From: Mytilus trossulus
Taxonomy: Eukaryota
Length of the DNA: 64,000 bases
Reading direction: 5' to 3'
Assembly: GCF_036588685.1 (NCBI RefSeq)
Contig: NC_086386.1
Span: forward strand, 61,070,001 to 61,134,000
Part shown: in pieces, positions 32,557-46,144 of the stretch
How the letters are laid out: every line of letters begins with the position of its first letter
Numbering within the stretch: the first letter of the stretch is position 1
The notes under the pieces: model-generated
Databases searched by the model: none
What the model was told of the DNA's origin: nothing
The model's input: only the letters and a program-made list of their open reading frames with translations
Made by a program: the position numbers and the translations under genes

Positions 32557-34827
32557 CTAACAATATCAAACTGAGGAAAGACTGATATGCTATAGACCAC
32601 ACCATATTGTCAAGTTTGAAAAGTAAATAATCTCAAAACCAGAAAACCAAACTAAGCAGAATGTTAACGTAACTCAAAGTTTCTCGATATATATTTAAAT
32701 GCTAAGTGTATACAAAATCTGAATTTAAAGGGGAACAATTAGACTGAGCATCACATGCGTTTTCACATGCACAAAATAACAAATATCAACTGACAGACAC
32801 CGATGTTTAAGTCGAAGATGCATGATATATTTTTTTTTACAGTTGTTGCCTTTGAATTAGTTGCCTGCAGTAACTACATGTACTACTAGTTTTGTTCTTT
32901 CTGTCTATATATATTATTTACTGACTATACGATATGGGGTTTTCTCATCGTTGGAGGTCATATGGTTGCCTAATTACTAACATCAACTTCATTTGGACTT
33001 TGGCTGCTAGTTGTTTTATAATTGGCATTTTCATTGGAATGACACTTCTAAAATAAAAATGTCTTAAGTAAGAAAGTTCACATTCCCCTGCTATACATTA
33101 TGATTTAGATAGTAATTTTGTCTTATGCCAATTCATTCTTAGCACGTATGACCTTGACAGATACCAAACAACTTGAAAACCAATAGTGATCCTCTCTTCA
33201 ACTTCTTAATATATTTGACCAATTATCAAATTTTAGGGATTAATCCCATAAAATACATTATGAAATATCCTTTTCAAATTTCAGTCCTTTTCTTTCATTT
33301 AAGTTATAGATATATCGACAAAAAAATAAAAAAAAAAGATCTGTCATTGAATGGGACAGTATATCTCAGGCAAATTGCAATCCTATATGTACAAATGTAG
33401 TATTTGATATAGAATCAGGAAACCTTTTTTATCCATTTTAGTAACTTTGAATTTGACCTCAACATCAAAATGAACATACCCCTACTCAATGTTAGGTTGC
33501 ATTTCAATTATGTAGTATTGATTTAGCACTATTTTATTTGAACACATCTAGTATTTTTGTTTTAGTAATTATGACATCGACTGGTGATTTAATTAATTGA
33601 TTGTTGTTCAGTGGCAAAATTTTCATGCATGTTCATAACTTAAATCAATAGTGGTCTTCCTCTCATTATTTGTGACCATAAAAGGGAGGATTCAACCACA
33701 ATTACTGAGAAAAATTGAGTTGGCATCCAGAAACCATTTTTGTAAACAGATTTTGGTTTATTTCTAAGTACTTGAATTTGCATACATTAAATGGGGAAAG
33801 GGGGGTTAATTTTTATATTTAAAAAAATTAGCAGGCATTAATTATATTGCAATTAACTGTATGCTTGTTGTAGTTTTTTATTGGTAGAATTTTGAATGTT
33901 TGCTGCAGTGTTTCTAAATGTAATAGCCTAGCATGCTTTAGTCGTTTTTCACCTTTTTTATTGTGAGTGGACATTATTATTTGCCATAAAGATGGTACAT
34001 GATGAAGGGGACCATGGTGGTCAAATGCTCCTAGGAATCAATCTTCATTTCCATTAGCCTGTCAACACTGGGATTGTAAGTTATAACATTGCATGTGGGA
34101 GGTTTATTGGACTAAAATCTTAGTTTTGATAGTGTTGCCATATCCCTGTTGAAGGTGGAAGGTAGGTTTAATTCCATCTAAATGAGTAGGAATGCTACTG
34201 AGTTTTCCTAGTCTGAACATCAAGGGTCCGACCGCTCCTTTCTGCTTCAACCAACAACAAAATCTGCTGAAAGTTGTGTTTTGGGGATATTTATTTACTG
34301 GTCAACATCCCCTATGTGTTGTTGTTAGATGTATTTCTATTTGCACCACTGTCCAAGATTAGGAGAGTAGAGCTCTCACTAACATGTTTAGACCCCCACA
34401 TAATTGACATTTCTTATGTGGTTGTCCCAAGTCAGGAGCCTTTAGTTTAAAAGTGTTTGTTGTTGGTTCATGTTTGTTAAATTTGTTTTTTGTGTTGGGC
34501 CATTAATTCATACTATTTTTATCAGGTTCTTTCATAGCCGACCATACAGCATGAGTTTTTCTCATTGTTAATGTCCTACAGTTGCCTTTATTCGCTAACA
34601 TACACTTCATTTGAAATTTGGTAGATACAATTTGGAAATTAGAATGGCTTTCATTATCACTGAACTAGTATATATTTGTTTAGGGGCCAGCTGAAAGACG
34701 CCTCTGGGTGCGGGAATTTCTCGCTACATTGAAGACCTGTTGGTGACCTTCTGCGGTTTTGTTTTGTCTATGGTTGGGTTGTTGTCTCTTTGACACATTC
34801 CCCATTTCCATTTTTATGACTTTTTAT

Positions 34828-34863
<36 letters not shown>
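34828..34863. repeat. (TCAA)n microsatellite
   Basis: About 8-9 tandem ATCA/TCAA units. Confidence 0.9.
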
Positions 34864-36611
34864 GTATTTATAGCCAAAACAGATAATATCTAAGTAAGGA
34901 ACAAACAAAACATTTCAATTATTATTCTGTTTTATTATAATAGCTGCACTTTTGAATGGAATATATTCTTAAAAACATACAAACATTTGATTTCTCATGT
35001 CTAAAAATTCACAATACAGTCACAATGTTATGATTAACATGAAAAAAAGGAGAAGGTACAATTCTGGACCAAGCCAGTCTTAAAATAAAATGTATTTCAA
35101 GATGTCACTGATTTAAAGAGTTCATTAAATTTTATATAAAATTATCATGGCTATAAAAAATGCATTATTTTGTTTAAAATATCACTTTCATGTATATATA
35201 CTAGGAACTTTTTAAAACTTCACTGAAATGGAGAACTTGCAAAAAAAAATAAAAATATTTGATTGTACATTTTTTAAAATAATAACAAGTAAAACTTTAT
35301 TTGTTCAAATTGTAAAAAAGATATAAATTTGGACTGAATTTAAAGGGTATAATAAACTTCAAATTGTACCTTTTTATTCCTTATAGATCTTTATTATAAA
35401 ATCCTCAAAATGGATTGGTTTATAAAAGCATTTTCCTTAACAATTTCTGACCATATCTGCTTTTAAAGTTACACCAACTGGTTACATGAGAAATCACATT
35501 GGAATAGTAACCAGTTCAAATATTCAAATTTATTAATAACATAAATCATTCAAATGTGCAAAAGTAATATTAACAAATAACAAACAAACAAATAACATGC
35601 TTTAACAAATATCTTCACAAGAACAAAATAAAAATATTTTACTGAATTAGAAATGTATAAATATCATTTAACGATTTTTAATAATAAAGCCAAATTCCCT
35701 GTGATGTTAATTTTTTTAAAGATTTTTTTCCCCAATATCTTGTGAAAACATATAACATTAATTGTTATCAATATAAATAAAATATTTTCACATTATATAC
35801 AAAGCCAACTTTCCTGGCTTTTAAATAATTTACAAATAATTTGGGAATGTAAGTTTTGTTAAAAAATTTAACGAGGTGAGCACATGCACTGTACAAGAGT
35901 GCGAAGGAGTTAAAAGGTTAAAATTGAGGTAGATCAACATATAAAGATAAACTAGAAGAGTTATTATTCTCTCCAAGTCTTTCTAACATAATTAAAGCTA
36001 TGAAATAGTACATTAGAAATGGGTGAAATAGGTTTTTGAAAGCAATACAAAAGGTTGACAAAATTGTTAACATGAATTTGTGTCTTTGGTATTAAATACT
36101 GCTTGGCGTTCTCAACAAAAATGTCATTGACTGCTTATAGCAAAACAATTTCCTTAAAACTCATGGCAGGTACCTTAATGTTTTAAAATATTGATCCATT
36201 AACAATAAACTATGAAAATTTATGTTATACCAGATTGAGATATTGGAATTCAGATATTAAAACTTTAAATAAGAGTTATCTCCCCTTCATCAGCTTACTT
36301 AAAAAATACATGGTGAAAATATATATTGCTATTTTTTAAGGTGCTGATTTACTTGGCAGTTTCTTGAATATCAAAATCAATTTTATAATTCCAACTATAG
36401 CACATACAATTAGATATTAAAACTTCTAGGGTACAAAATCTGAGATCAGTATAAATGCACAAATGTTTGCAAATGTATCACGATTATGCAAATTAGAATG
36501 TCATGGCAAAATAATAAACACTTCCATCATTATTTCTCTGTCTATCAGCAGTTCATCTTATGCATTAGAAACATGAAAATGAGAAGTTTACAATGAGAAA
36601 ATCACAGAATT

Positions 36612-39600
36612 TCACACGACAAGATCTCTCTGTGCATGAAACAATTCATCCTCGAGTTCCTCTGGATTTATAGTATAACTCCCTGAAGTGGTTGTGGCAG
36701 CATCATCATCATCGTCTCTCGACCTTAATGTACTCAAACTTTCAGGACGCAAGTGAAAATAATCTCTGTCTTTTCTTGGATATTGTGCATATGCACTTTG
36801 CTGCAGAAAATCCCATGAATGATATTGCAAGTCTTTTGAACTATTGTCTAAATATGGCTGACTTGTAGACAGATTGTTCACAATATTAGCACTAGCGTTG
36901 TTTTTAATATTATATGAGTTTGGTCTGACCATGTGTCTATTATCACTGTTTTTGTTTCTATAAACATTTAACTTGTCTTTGGAATAAGAATTTGAACTAT
37001 AATATGACGGTGGAGGACTCTGGAACTCAAACGATCGGGAGTCATCTGTGAATAGAAAATAGAAACAGTTAATACAAATATCTACTGGTACATTCAGTAA
37101 ACTAGTTACAAAATAAACTGGTACCCAGTTCCTAATCAGTTTTGCTTTGACAAGTATAAGAATTTTGAAAGTGAACACCAAACATCTCCTTCAAAAACTT
37201 TCAATCACCATGGAAACATCCAATTTGAAGGAAATTTGTGACATTTCTTAGCTGTTTGTTCTACTCTATAAACTCCAAAGATAACGCTTCAGGAATCAAT
37301 TTGAATATTGTATATGCAGTTGTAAGGATTCTGACTGCTGGCAAAAAGGGGTAATAACCTAGTGATTTTCAGGATGGTGTGCTTATTTTTTCACCTCCAC
37401 TCATTGCTCATAATTTTTTCTTGTCATTTGATGTATGCAGTTATTAAACTATTTTTTCAATTGATATTTTGATCAGACATATAAATGCAAGCATCATTAC
37501 TAAGCAAACTGCATAAAGCAATTTTTCACATGTATAGTTTGTTGACGCATGCATGAGCAATGAGAATCAATACTAACGCCTAAGACAGTGAAAAGATTTA
37601 CGTATATATATTTTGCATTATGAGAAAAGCGAAATGATTTTTGTATAATACTTTTGTACTATGAGAAAAGTAAAAGGATAATATATGTAATATATAAGTT
37701 TTACTATAAAGCCTTTTGTAGTGCAAAGTAAAATTCATACATCCATATAGGATTTCATTAACCTGTGCACTCATGCATATCTTATTAGATTCGTACTATT
37801 ATTTGTAATATTGGATATAATCTTGATCAATATTGTAACTTAACTGTTTTGTTAACTTTGAAGATTAATAAATATTTATTTATGTGGGATCAAAATCTTC
37901 TTCTTTAATGATGTAGACACATTAAAGCCACAAACTGTACATGAAGATTTGAAATTTGTAATTAATAGGATTTTTTCATTAAATAATTTATGGGGTAAAG
38001 ATTTAGTAGATAAATTTTATTATGATACAGACTTATCCATAATTTATAATTTCAAAAGTAAGTAAATAACATATCAATACTTCCTTGAAACCTTTAAATT
38101 GTCTGTGAAAATGTGCACAAAAGAGGCAATTTAATAAGTTTGAAATTTTCTTTTTTCATGATTTGATTTTGGCACTACATTGGTGTTTTGTAAAACTCTT
38201 CATTTCTTTCCATAAAAAAGAATACAACTGATTAATAATAAAACATGCCAAAATTTTACCGAAAACAATTTCAATTTTCGAGTTCTTACCTAATGTACTT
38301 CCTGGTACCTCATCTTCACTGCCACCTCTACCGCTATCACTGGTAGTTGTCTCCCCTGAACTGTCACTATGGTTATCACTAGGATGTGGTCTTTGAAGAC
38401 GAGCCTATAACAAAAGTAATCGAATAATGAAAATACTGTTTCTTAAATTATTAAAATGTGTAAACAATTAATGTTTTAAGATTCAATATTTTTAATAGTA
38501 TATGTTATATGGTGTTGTCACTTTATTTTCGATTATGAGTTTGACTGTCCCTTTGGTATCTTTCGTCCCTCTTTTATAGTATAATTTAAAAAAATTGTGT
38601 TGTTGGGATGCCGTTTCATTGGCACAAAGCACAAACTTCATTGAAGTTTACTTTGGTCATTATTTTTAAAAGTTAAATCTGAGATCAGATTGTGTTGTGC
38701 AATCTGTGTACTATATGCCATAAACTAGATATATTTCATTTTTTCTTATGTCATAAACACATTTTATATTTTGTGCATAAAATGAAATGATGAAGCAGAT
38801 AGACAGCTGGTTACAATTTTCGAAGTGAGTTATAAAATTAATTTGCTCCAGTATTTGTTGAACAAAAGACTGAATACCGATTATATTACAAGATATAAAT
38901 AACTGCAATATTTTGCATCTGACATCAGCTCACAATATATGTGATCATTCTGAACTCTTACAAGAAAAGAGATTTTTCCAAATGAAATGTCAACATTGGA
39001 AACTCTATGTCAACTCTTTGGGCGGGGTGGAGGTGCTCCCATCCAAGGAGGTTTGCAGAATGATAGTTTCCTTACCTCTGTTTCTGTGTTATTTTTCAGC
39101 AGTATTTGTTTTAGCTGTAGAGCTTGGGTATTAGAATCACTGTAAGGCTGACTATGGTGAACTGAGGGTTTATCATATAAATAGGGCTCCTGAAAAACAT
39201 AAATAATGTTTTTTTTTAAGTTTGATAATAAGTAATTAAAATTTTGATTGCAAAACAATAAAAAAAAATATTATTCAGTCATTTTTACAAAATCTTTAGA
39301 AGGATTAAAGGGAGATAAATCTTACACTCCTCAAAATATTAACTTAATTAACTGACAGGTTAAAATTTTTGGGGTACAAGTAAAATAATTTGATGCAACT
39401 TAATTAAAACTACATTATGAACTTTAATTTATAAATGGTAATTTAGATAAAAAAAAAAAAATGTGTTTTCAGATTGTGTAAAATAGTTATCTGAAATCTA
39501 CAAATTTTCAACAAACATTTGTTTATCAAAGATTATAAGTTATCACATTTTGTTTTGATAATTTACAGGTCTATAATCCTATCTAAAAATAATCATGTTG

Positions 39601-42600
39601 ACTTTATCAAATTAATCATAGACTAATTTACCGATTGTCTGAGAATATTTGTCAACATTTTGACCACAGAACAAAACATTGTTAATCCTGGCCATGTGGA
39701 CACTGACCAACTTTCTATTTATTTTTGGGGAAAGTTAATTATTTTGTAAAAATAGTGGTTCTGATTAAAATGACAAGATTGAAAAAATGTTGTGTCATTA
39801 TGTTAATTTGCTGGATAAGTGTGGCTTTAGCTTAACCAAATATGGCGACACAATGCTAAAATCTAACAGATTATGAAAAAAAATATTTTTCTTTTTTTAA
39901 GTTGATAGAGGATTTTTCTATATTAAAAAAGCATAAATAACCATAAACCCCTGTCCTTTTTCATTCAAAAATAGTGCCTTAATTCATATTCTTCTTTGAA
40001 TGCTTAATTAGTTAAATAATTAGCTACAGACCAAAAATTTTAGTTTTCAACAACTTGAAAGGTTATTATCATTTGGCAAAAATTTGATAGCATTTTTTTT
40101 TTCAATGAAAATACTGCATGAAAAATTTGAAGTTAAAATTTAGCTGATTTCAATCTTTAAATCTTTGCTTGAAAGGTGTTACAGTAAAACTTATTTATTA
40201 AAAATCTCAATAAATTACAATTTAATATGACCTGATATAACAATCGAAACAAATCAAAGAATAAAAACACATTTAGTTTGATCAAAAACCTGGGAGGCCA
40301 AAAAAAAAATGTGAAAAATATTCAACCATTAAACTTCAAATTCCATATATATAACAGACATTAAAAAGAAATCGAAGATCAGATTAAAACTTATGTTAAT
40401 AAATATGCCATAAATTTTCATAAATTCAGAGTAATAAGACGCAAATCTTTCACCATATTAAAATCATAAAACTAATTTAATACATTATATTTGACACCTT
40501 ATAACATAAAAAGACAATTTTGAGAATTTTGTGCCATCAACCATTTTATGAAATGTAAATTAAATTTATGATACAACAAATTATGCAATATTTCACGGTT
40601 CTCATCTTCCGACCAGTGACAATGCTAAATCGAACTTGATAAGATTCTCCAAGGGAACAAATATCCTATACTTAATATTCAAAAATATCAAAAGGATAAC
40701 AATAATTTTCATGTAATGCATTTTGATGATGAAATTCGAATTAACCAACAGATTTTTTCAACAGAAAAAACATGTTGTGTATGGAGAAAATAAATATCTG
40801 ATTAAATTCGACACAAACGTACAAATTTCATATTTTTCTACAGATGTCACATGAAATGTTTTATTAATATTGAGTGTTTTTCAGTGATCTTTTATTAAAA
40901 GCATTTTTGTGCTTTGTTCCCTACACTTGTATATGAAAAGTATGATCTCCAAAGAGTCAAAGGTAAATCGGCAGGTTCAATACAAATTCAAAAGCAAGGG
41001 TTTACAAATATTTGGCGATTAAAGACAGTCGTTATGTTCAAATATTGCTACCTTTAATCGTCACCTGTATTTAGTCTTCTCATTGAGAAAAATCACAATA
41101 TTAAAGATTTAAAATTGACATGAATTGTTTAAAACTTATTTTCTATTTTTATTATGGATTTTTAGAACCCATTTGATTATTTTGGTTCCTACTTTATTTG
41201 AATCAAAGGAAAGACACTTCAACTGTAATTCACAATTATTTACCGTGGGATTTTAATTTTGATGATCAAATCCTCAAACCTCCACTCGGGCTATCGAATA
41301 AATTGAAATGCGTTAATACCCCTTCGTGTTCAATCGTTCAAATTCACCTTAAAACTTGACTGAATTAATTCCGTGGAACAAATATTGTTTCTATATTCTA
41401 CGATTTGACACCCAGAACAAAAGATTCTTTCATTTGATACCTTAAAATGAACAAACAATCTTTAAAACTGTTTTGATGTGTCGATGTTAAAGTACTTTTC
41501 CGAGGGTGGGTCACAGTAAATAAAATTTGGCATAAAAATTTCACTAATGTGTGATAGAAGACTTTACGCATTTATTTTTCTGAGATTTATGGTCAAAATG
41601 CTTTTAAAATAATTTCAGTACTTGGTATTCTGTTTCATATACACCTGAACTACCAAGTCTTAAGCTGTATCCATCCACAAGATTAATTTTATTCATGTAA
41701 TGATCATGATGATAAATTACCCTTTCAACTTTGTACCATATGCAGCTTTTAATAAAATGTTCAATTTAGAATTTAGATGAAAGTGCTTTTTTTGTTTTCA
41801 TAGTAATAACAAATTTCTATTTTATGGTACATTTGCTGTTTTGTTTGAAGTTAAGTAGTATTTGAAAACAAATTTTAACAATTACTGACATTTTAAGATA
41901 AATGACCATGTACTTTTTCACCCAATTTTGACTGAAATGTTCAACTAATCATATATGACAAATGATTTGACAAACTTCAAAAGAAATGACCATCTCTTCA
42001 AGGCCAATGTTTCCATTTGTCCCAATTGCATATTTAATAAATAGCCATTAATTTATCACAAGAATATGACAATTTTTCACACATTTAGTTATATATCTTA
42101 AAGTTACAGTTATTTCTTGTTGTGAATCATCATTTGCCTGTACCTTGAATTTATTGAAAAATTTAAAATAATCTTATACATGTATATTTGAATATAAACA
42201 ATTTATTTCATTTTTGTTTTTGAATCTTTTCATAAATATTTCATTATTTTGTACTAAGGCAAATCTTTGAGAAAAATATTTTTATATCATAATACCAAAT
42301 GGACATTTGTTTCAAAATTAAATAACATTCTAATCATCTACCATTATCTGATGTTATAACATATGTTATACCAGGTGATATAAGTTTTAAAAATCGTAAA
42401 ATAAATATTTAAAACATTATCTATCGTTTAAAAATCCAAACGTCTTTATTATTTTAAGATTTCCAATTGTCTAAAATCAGAAAGTCTGTATTTTCTCAAG
42501 ATCTTTGATTGAATGTTAAAACAAAATGTCTATTTTGAAAATCTAAAATCTTTAAAGGGATACTAGTGACACAATATTTACTTTTCTTTACTTAACCCCA

Positions 42601-45600
42601 AATTCTAAAGCTGTCAATTAAATTAACCAGTCATAGTAAACTAAGAAAACAAATTTTAAACAATTTTTTTCCCCAACTGTAACAAATTTTCGCAAGGAAA
42701 TAAGATTTTTTAAAGCCGCATTTCAATATCAACCATTTACAGATAAATTTAAGGAAAGAAAAAAATACCATAAAATTATTTAAAATTTAAAAAAAATGTG
42801 AACAATAATTAATGACTTTTTTCTGAAGGCATCAATTTCAAAATATTTATTCCCCCTATGGACCCCTAATTTGTCAGTTACACCTGACCAGTAAGATAAT
42901 TAACAGGTATCATAGTGTGACCTGTCAAGATGTCCAGTATCTCTATCATAGAACCTACTGGCTGGAGGGGTATGATACTAGATGACCAGTTTTACTGGAC
43001 TTTTACTGTTAGATCTTTTTACAAATATGACTAATGAACTGTAATAAATGACAAACTAGTAGAAGAAGATATCATGCATTTATTGCATAATTTAATATGT
43101 CCTTTAATTTCTCATTTATCACTTACTTAATATTGTGTTATTTTTATGAAAAAAGCCTAAACTGATACAAGTTTTTAATATTTGTTCCCAGAAACTCAAA
43201 CTGAACATTTCCAGACAATTCATTACTTTTAAATCAATTTCTTACTTCTTGTATGATTTGTTTAGAATAAAAGCACCTATTTATAAAGGATAAAATAACC
43301 TTCTTTTCAAGCATTTTTAACAGCAGGTTGAGCAAAATTTTTATAATCATGATAATTCTGGATTTTTTTTATTAACTTACATAAATGTTTCGCAAAAAAT
43401 ATCTTTATTGCAATGAATTTTTCAAGCTCCTTTGAGCAAACTTTACAAGCACTAAATACAAAATAACAAACCTGTTTTTCATTTGAGTTGGGACTAATAC
43501 TCCTTTGGAAGCTGTTATCGAAAGATGTGCCTGGTGAAAATGATACTTCTTTTCTTTTCTTATCGCCATTTTCAAATGAATCCGGCAGAGAAGTGTTGGA
43601 GGTGGAATGTTCAGAATAGCCAGTCTGCATCGGAACTCCAAGTGGACCATTTCCAGCCGTGTATTTCTGTTCTTGTCTTTTCTTATCAATTTTCCATAAG
43701 AAATAAATTGTCAATCCTATGGCTGCCGAGATAAGTAAAGTTACGATTACCACAATTATTGAAATTGTAATATACTTATTTGAATCTCCATTAGCAGATA
43801 AATGTGTTGAATTACTGATGATTACCAGAACATTTAAATCGGCACAATCAGAATGGACGGGATTTCCAGCATCTTGAACACATACTCGAATACTTTGCGA
43901 CGTATCCTTCGAAAAATGATATTGTTTGTTGAGAAAAAGTTCTCCAGATGTAGGATTCAAATAAAACATATTTGCTTCATTCCCGGAGAAAATATAATAT
44001 GATAATTGTCTATTGACACCAATATCTTTATCCTCGGCAATAATGGTCGTAACAGGAAGTGATGTTATTGCCGTAGTAACAGTATTATTTCCTTTTTTAG
44101 GAAATAAAATTGTTGGTTCATTATCGTTTACATCCAAAACTGTTATAATTACTTGAACAGAGTTATTTTTTGATGGAATTCCTTTATCAGTGGCAAACAC
44201 AACAAAACTATATTGACTGTGTTTCTCACGATCTAAGATTTCTCGTGTTCTAATTGTTCCGTCTAAAAGAACCACAAACGGTACAGTGAACTGGTCTTTT
44301 TCAGCAATGGTGAAGGAAACATCCCCATTTAAACCATCATCTTTATCAATAGCTACAACTGAACCAACAGTTTCATCTGGTTTCAGACCTTCAGCAACCT
44401 CAAATGCAAATCTACTTTTATTGAAGACAGGTATATTGTCATTTTCGTCACGAATGGTAACAATCACAGATGCTGTTCCCGTCCTTCTTGGATCGCCATT
44501 ATCTACTGCCAAAACATGAAACATGTGCTCCGACTGCTTTTCTCTATCATAAATATCACTAGCAGATATAACTCCAGTGTTAGAATTAATAGCAAACTTA
44601 GATACAGCGTCACTGTGTAGAAAATATTGAATATCAGCATTGATACCGATGTCCTTATCCCTGGCCGAAACTTGTTTGATTGGATTTCCCAATTTATTAT
44701 TTTCATCCACATAAGCTAAGTATACTTTCTCCAAAAATTCTGGATCATTGTCATTATCATCTGATACTGTCACATTAAAACTTGCTTCCGCACTGAGTCT
44801 CGGTGTTCCATAATCATGACAAACAATGGTGACAATATGAGCATCTTGTTTTTCTCTGTCTAATTTCTGCTTCACAACAACTTTAAATCCTTTATCAGAC
44901 ACTGGTAGTTTTTTAACATCAAAATAAGGATTAGGCGTTGAGCATGTTACATTACCATTGTTCCCAATATCAGAATCTTCAACATTCACATGAGCGACAA
45001 AATTATCAATGTTGGTTGCTTCTGACAGCATCACAACACCACCAGTTCCAGCAGACGGTAAGTTAATCTTGACGACAGGCTTGTTGTTGCCAACATCTTC
45101 AACTTTGACATTGACCTTGACCTGTGAAATCTGAGGACTTGTTCCATGATCACTTGCCTCTACGATAATACTATATTCCTCATTAGGTTCGTAAACTAAA
45201 TTCTTTAGCAGAGTTATATCCCCTGAATCACTACCAATACTAAAGAACTGGTTGATACTCTCTAAATCTGTCTGCACCTGACTGAAATGATAGGAGACAA
45301 GTCCATTTTGGTCTTTATCTGGATCTTCAGCGGTCACTTTTAGAATGACAGTATTTGGCGGAACATCTTCCCGAACTGTAACATTGTACATTGGCAAGCC
45401 AAATTTAGGTGCATGGTCGTTTACATCCAGGACAGTCACATCAATGTTTAGTATACCAGTTTGAGGCTGTTCCCCACCATCCTTGGCTGCTATCTGTAAT
45501 GTATATGTTTCTTTAAACTCTCGATTCAATGGTTGTTTTAAAACTATATGGAGGAGAAAACTGCCATCTAATTTTTTGGTATTGTTAAGTCCAAAAGGTC

Positions 45601-46144
45601 CATTGTCTGGATAAATATCGTAATTTTGGATCCCATTTCTTCCGGTATCTTTATCCAATGCTGCTGGGACTGAAAAACGTGTCCCTACAGGTGTAGATTC
45701 AGACACGTTTAATTTCATTATGGGTTGTGGAAAAGATGGAGCATGATCGTTGATATCCTGTACATGAATGGAAGTAGTAATCAACTTGAAAAAGTTTGTT
45801 TTTTGTGAGTTGGCTACAAAATTTAACACAAGAATACAATCAGAAACATCACTGCATTCTGGAATTATTTCTCGATCAATCAGCATGATAGTTTGTAAAG
45901 CACCTGTAGATTTGTCAATTGAAAACATATTTTGATAAACATTATCTCCAATGTAACCATAACTAATACTATCAAATTCTTCACTCGTCAAGTTTTCTGT
46001 TAATCTAGCCTCAGTGGCAATATTCCCCACAGGAGTATTCATAGGCAGTTCTTCCTGAATTGAGAACGAAATCTGTATGGTGTCATCTCCAAAACATGCC
46101 ACAAAGAATAAAGTCAAAATCGAAAGATAAAATGAATAGCACAT
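36612..46144 (-). CDS. Protocadherin, delta1-like (7 cadherin repeats, TM, CM1-like motif), ~1111 aa, 4 coding exons
   Basis: Exon 46144-43472 encodes the signal peptide, 7 EC repeats with DRE/DxNDxxP/AxDxG motifs and the TM (acceptor at 46220, so a non-coding exon lies further upstream). Exon 39189-39076. Exon 38404-38290 (DNHSDSSGETTTSDSGRGGSE, CM1-like). Exon 37045-36612 ends in DLVV. Phases 0/0/1 are consistent and introns are GT-AG. Confidence 0.9.

Noticed and set aside
43307-43471. C-terminal 54 aa of the 945-aa ORF and N-terminal part of the 36612-37181 ORF
   Set aside because: Intronic read-through past the CAG|GTTTGT donor and before the acceptor at 37046. The spliced model keeps frame and recovers the CM1-like motif.
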